DNA from: Squalus acanthias
Taxonomy: Eukaryota
Length of the DNA: 64,000 nucleotides
Reading direction: 5' to 3'
NCBI GenBank assembly: GCA_030390025.1
Contig: CM059431.1
Location: 155,684,001-155,748,000 of the forward strand
Numbering within the stretch: the first letter of the stretch is position 1; each line of letters begins with the position of its first letter. The notes beneath the pieces were generated by a model, which saw nothing but the letters and a program-made list of their open reading frames with translations, made no database searches and had not been told where the DNA came from. A program made the position numbers and the translations under genes. Positions 61,410-64,000 of the stretch are shown one piece after another.

Positions 61410-63912
61410 ATATGATAGCAAAATACTGCGGTAGCTGGAAATCCGAAATAACAACAGAAAACGCAGGAAAAACTCAGCAGGCCAAGCAACATCCGTGGAG
61501 AGAGAAACAGAGTTAACGTTTCAGGTCGAAACCCTTCGTCGGAACTGAGAGAAAAGCAAGACATTAAACAGATAAAAATGCGAGGGGGTGGCTGGGCGGA
61601 GGAATAAAAGAACAAAATGGGTGGTCTATGGTAAGTAGAGACATTAATAGATGCTCAAGGGAAGACGAGATGGTAATGGGACAGGTTAAGAAACAAAAGC
61701 TGAGGTGTGAAAAACTGGCAGAATGAGACAGCTGCCGTCGGGGGAGAGAGAGAAAGAAAAAAAAGGAAAAAGGCACGGACCAAAAGGGGTGGATAAAATG
61801 TATATATATGTGGGAGGGGCCGGGGTTATTATCTGAAATTGTTGAACTCGATATTGAGTACGGAAGGCTGTAAAGTGCCTAAACGAAAGATGAGGTGCTG
61901 TTCCTCGAGCTTACGCTGAGCTTCCGTGGAACAATGCACGAGGCCGAGGACGCTAAGGTCAGATGGGAGTGGAGCGGAGAATTAAAGTGACTAGCGACCG
62001 GATGCTCAGGGTCACTCTTACGGACTGAACGGAGGTGTTCAAAAAAGCGATCACCCAATCTGCGTTTGGTCTCCCCAATGTAGAGGAGAGCACATTGTGA
62101 GCAGCGAATACAGTATACTAGATTGCAAGAAGTACAAGTAAATCGCTGTTTCACCTGGAAGGGGTGTTTGGGGCCCTGGAGAGTGGGAAGGGAGGATGAA
62201 TAAGGGCAGGTGTTGCATTTCCTGCGCTTGCCCGGGAAGGGGCCGGGTGAAGGGGAAGGGGTACTGGGGGTGATTGAGGAGTGGACTAGGGTGTCTCGGA
62301 GGGAGCGGTCCCAACGGAATGCTGAAAGGGGAGGTGAGGGGAAGATACATTTGGTGGTTGAATCACGTTGGAGGTGGCGAAAATGGCGGAGGATGATCCG
62401 TTGAATGTGGAGGCTGGTGGGGTGAAAGGTGAGGACAAGGGGAACTCTATCGTGGTTCCAGGAGGGAGGGGTCGGGGTGAGGGCAGAAGTGCGGGAGATG
62501 GAACGGACCACGGTAGAGGGGAATCCTCGGTTGATGAAAAAGGAAGACATGTCGGAAGCACTGGTATGGAAGGTGGCATCGTCGGAGCAGATGCGGCTGA
62601 GATGGAGAAACTGGGAGAAGGGAATAGAGTCCTTACAGGAGGCGGGGTGGGAGGAAGTGTAGTCCAGGTAGCTGTGGGAGTTATTGGGCTTGTAGTGAAT
62701 GCTGGTCAATAAGCTATCCCCAGAGATAGAGACGGAGAAGTCGAGGAAGGGGAGGGAAGAGTCGGATATGGACCATGTGAAGGTGAGGGAAGGGTGGAAA
62801 TTGGAGGCAATGTGAATGAAATTGTCTAGTTCGGGGCGAGAGCAGGAAACGGCACCGATACAGTCGTCAATGTACCGGAAAAAGAGGTGAGTGAGGGGAC
62901 CCGAGTAGGACTGGAACAAAGAGTGATCCACATATCCCACGAAGAGGCAGGCATAGCTAGGACCCATGCGGCTACCCATAGCAACACCTTTGAACTGGAG
63001 TTAATGGGTGGAGTCAAAGGAGAAGTTGTTCAATGTGAGAACAAGTTCAGCCAGGCGGAGGAGGGTGGCGGTGGATGGGGACTGGTTGTGCCTCTGTTCA
63101 AGGAAGAAGCGGAGCGCCCTCAGGCCATCCTGGTGGGGGATGGAGGTCTAGAGGGATTGTACGTCCATGGTGAAAAGGAGGCGGTTGGGGCCAGGAAACT
63201 GAAAACTGTTAAAGTGGCGGAGGGCGTCAGAGGAATCACGGATGTAGGTGGGAAGGGACTGGAGAAGGGGAGAGAAAATAGTGTTGAGAAAGGAAGAGAT
63301 AAGTTCCGTGGGGCAAGAGCAGGCTGAAACGATGGGTCTACCAGGGCAGTCCTGTTTGTGGATCTTGGGAAGGAGGTAGAAGCGGGCTGTGCGGGGTTGG
63401 GGAACTATGAGGTTGGCGGCCGTGGGGGGACGATCTCCAGAGGAGATGAGGTCAGTGCCAGTCTTGGACACGGAGGCTTGATGTTCGGTAGTGGGGTCAT
63501 GGTCCAGGTGGAGGTAGGAGGAGGTGTCGGAGAGTTGGCGTTCAACTTCAACAAGGTAGAAGTCGTTTCGCCAAACAACAACAGCAGCACACTTGTCAGC
63601 AGGTTTAATGACAATGTCGGGGTTGGATCGGAGAGAATGGAGTGCTGCAAGTTCAGAGGGAGGTAGGTTGGAGTGAGTGAGGGGTGCAGAGAAATTGAGA
63701 TGGCCGATGTGACGGCGGCAGTTAGCAATGACAAGATCTAGAGAGGTTAAGAGGCCAAAGGGAGGGGTCCAGGTGGAACGGGAATTCTGAAAGCGGGAGA
63801 AAGGGTCAGCCGTGCGGGGGGAAGACTCCTGGCCAGAGAAGTGGGCACGGAGACGGAGGTGGCGGAAAAAGACCTCAGCATCGTGCCGAACTCGAAATTC
63901 ATTGAGGTGGGG
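61410..63912 (-). mobile_element. Penelope-like retroelement (RT + GIY-YIG endonuclease), frameshifted
   Basis: ORF 63148..63939 (KPADK, FYLLPKIHK, PGRPIVS, MDVQSL); ORF 61879..62979 (MGSRMGP, FRYIDD, LVYCIRC..YIGETKR..RFFEH). Confidence 0.92.
61511..61546 (-). ncRNA. Degenerate minimal hammerhead-ribozyme-like motif in the PLE 3' region
   Basis: - strand AGTT-CCGACGA-AGGGTTTCGACCT-GAAAC-GTT-AACT; the CUGANGA core has U>C. Confidence 0.5.
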
Positions 63913-64000
63913 GCTAACTGCCGCCGTGACATCGGCCATCTCCGTTCAGTCCGTAAGGGTCACCCCGAGCTTCCGATCGCTTGTCATTTTAATTCACCCC

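Overview
Vertebrate genomic DNA, most likely a cartilaginous fish (inferred from CR1/L2 LINE families, tRNA-headed V-SINE-like and Deu-domain SINEs and a Penelope-like element). It is not prokaryotic, and most six-frame ORFs are TE fragments or their antisense shadows. The dominant structure is an old inverted duplication spanning almost the whole window: ~545-22392 mirrors ~25351-60570 once arm-specific TE insertions are removed. It places the three 3'-terminal LRR exons of two paralogous NLR-like genes tail-to-tail (+ strand 1892-2769; - strand 59719-57645). The left copy has a premature stop in its last exon, while the right copy is open. Other components are: a degenerate 27/33-35-bp minisatellite mirrored in both arms; at least seven copies of a hairpin-rich MITE with 3-bp TSDs, plus two other Harbinger-like MITEs; a 7-kb internally deleted endogenous retrovirus (49075-56075; ~96-97% identical LTRs, tRNA-Ser PBS, NC-PR, RT remnants, integrase, gamma-type env TM); several short locally templated insertions; and a Penelope-like element with an inverted 5' junction and a degenerate minimal hammerhead motif. 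All alignments were made by eye, and TE boundaries are approximate unless TSDs or termini are quoted.
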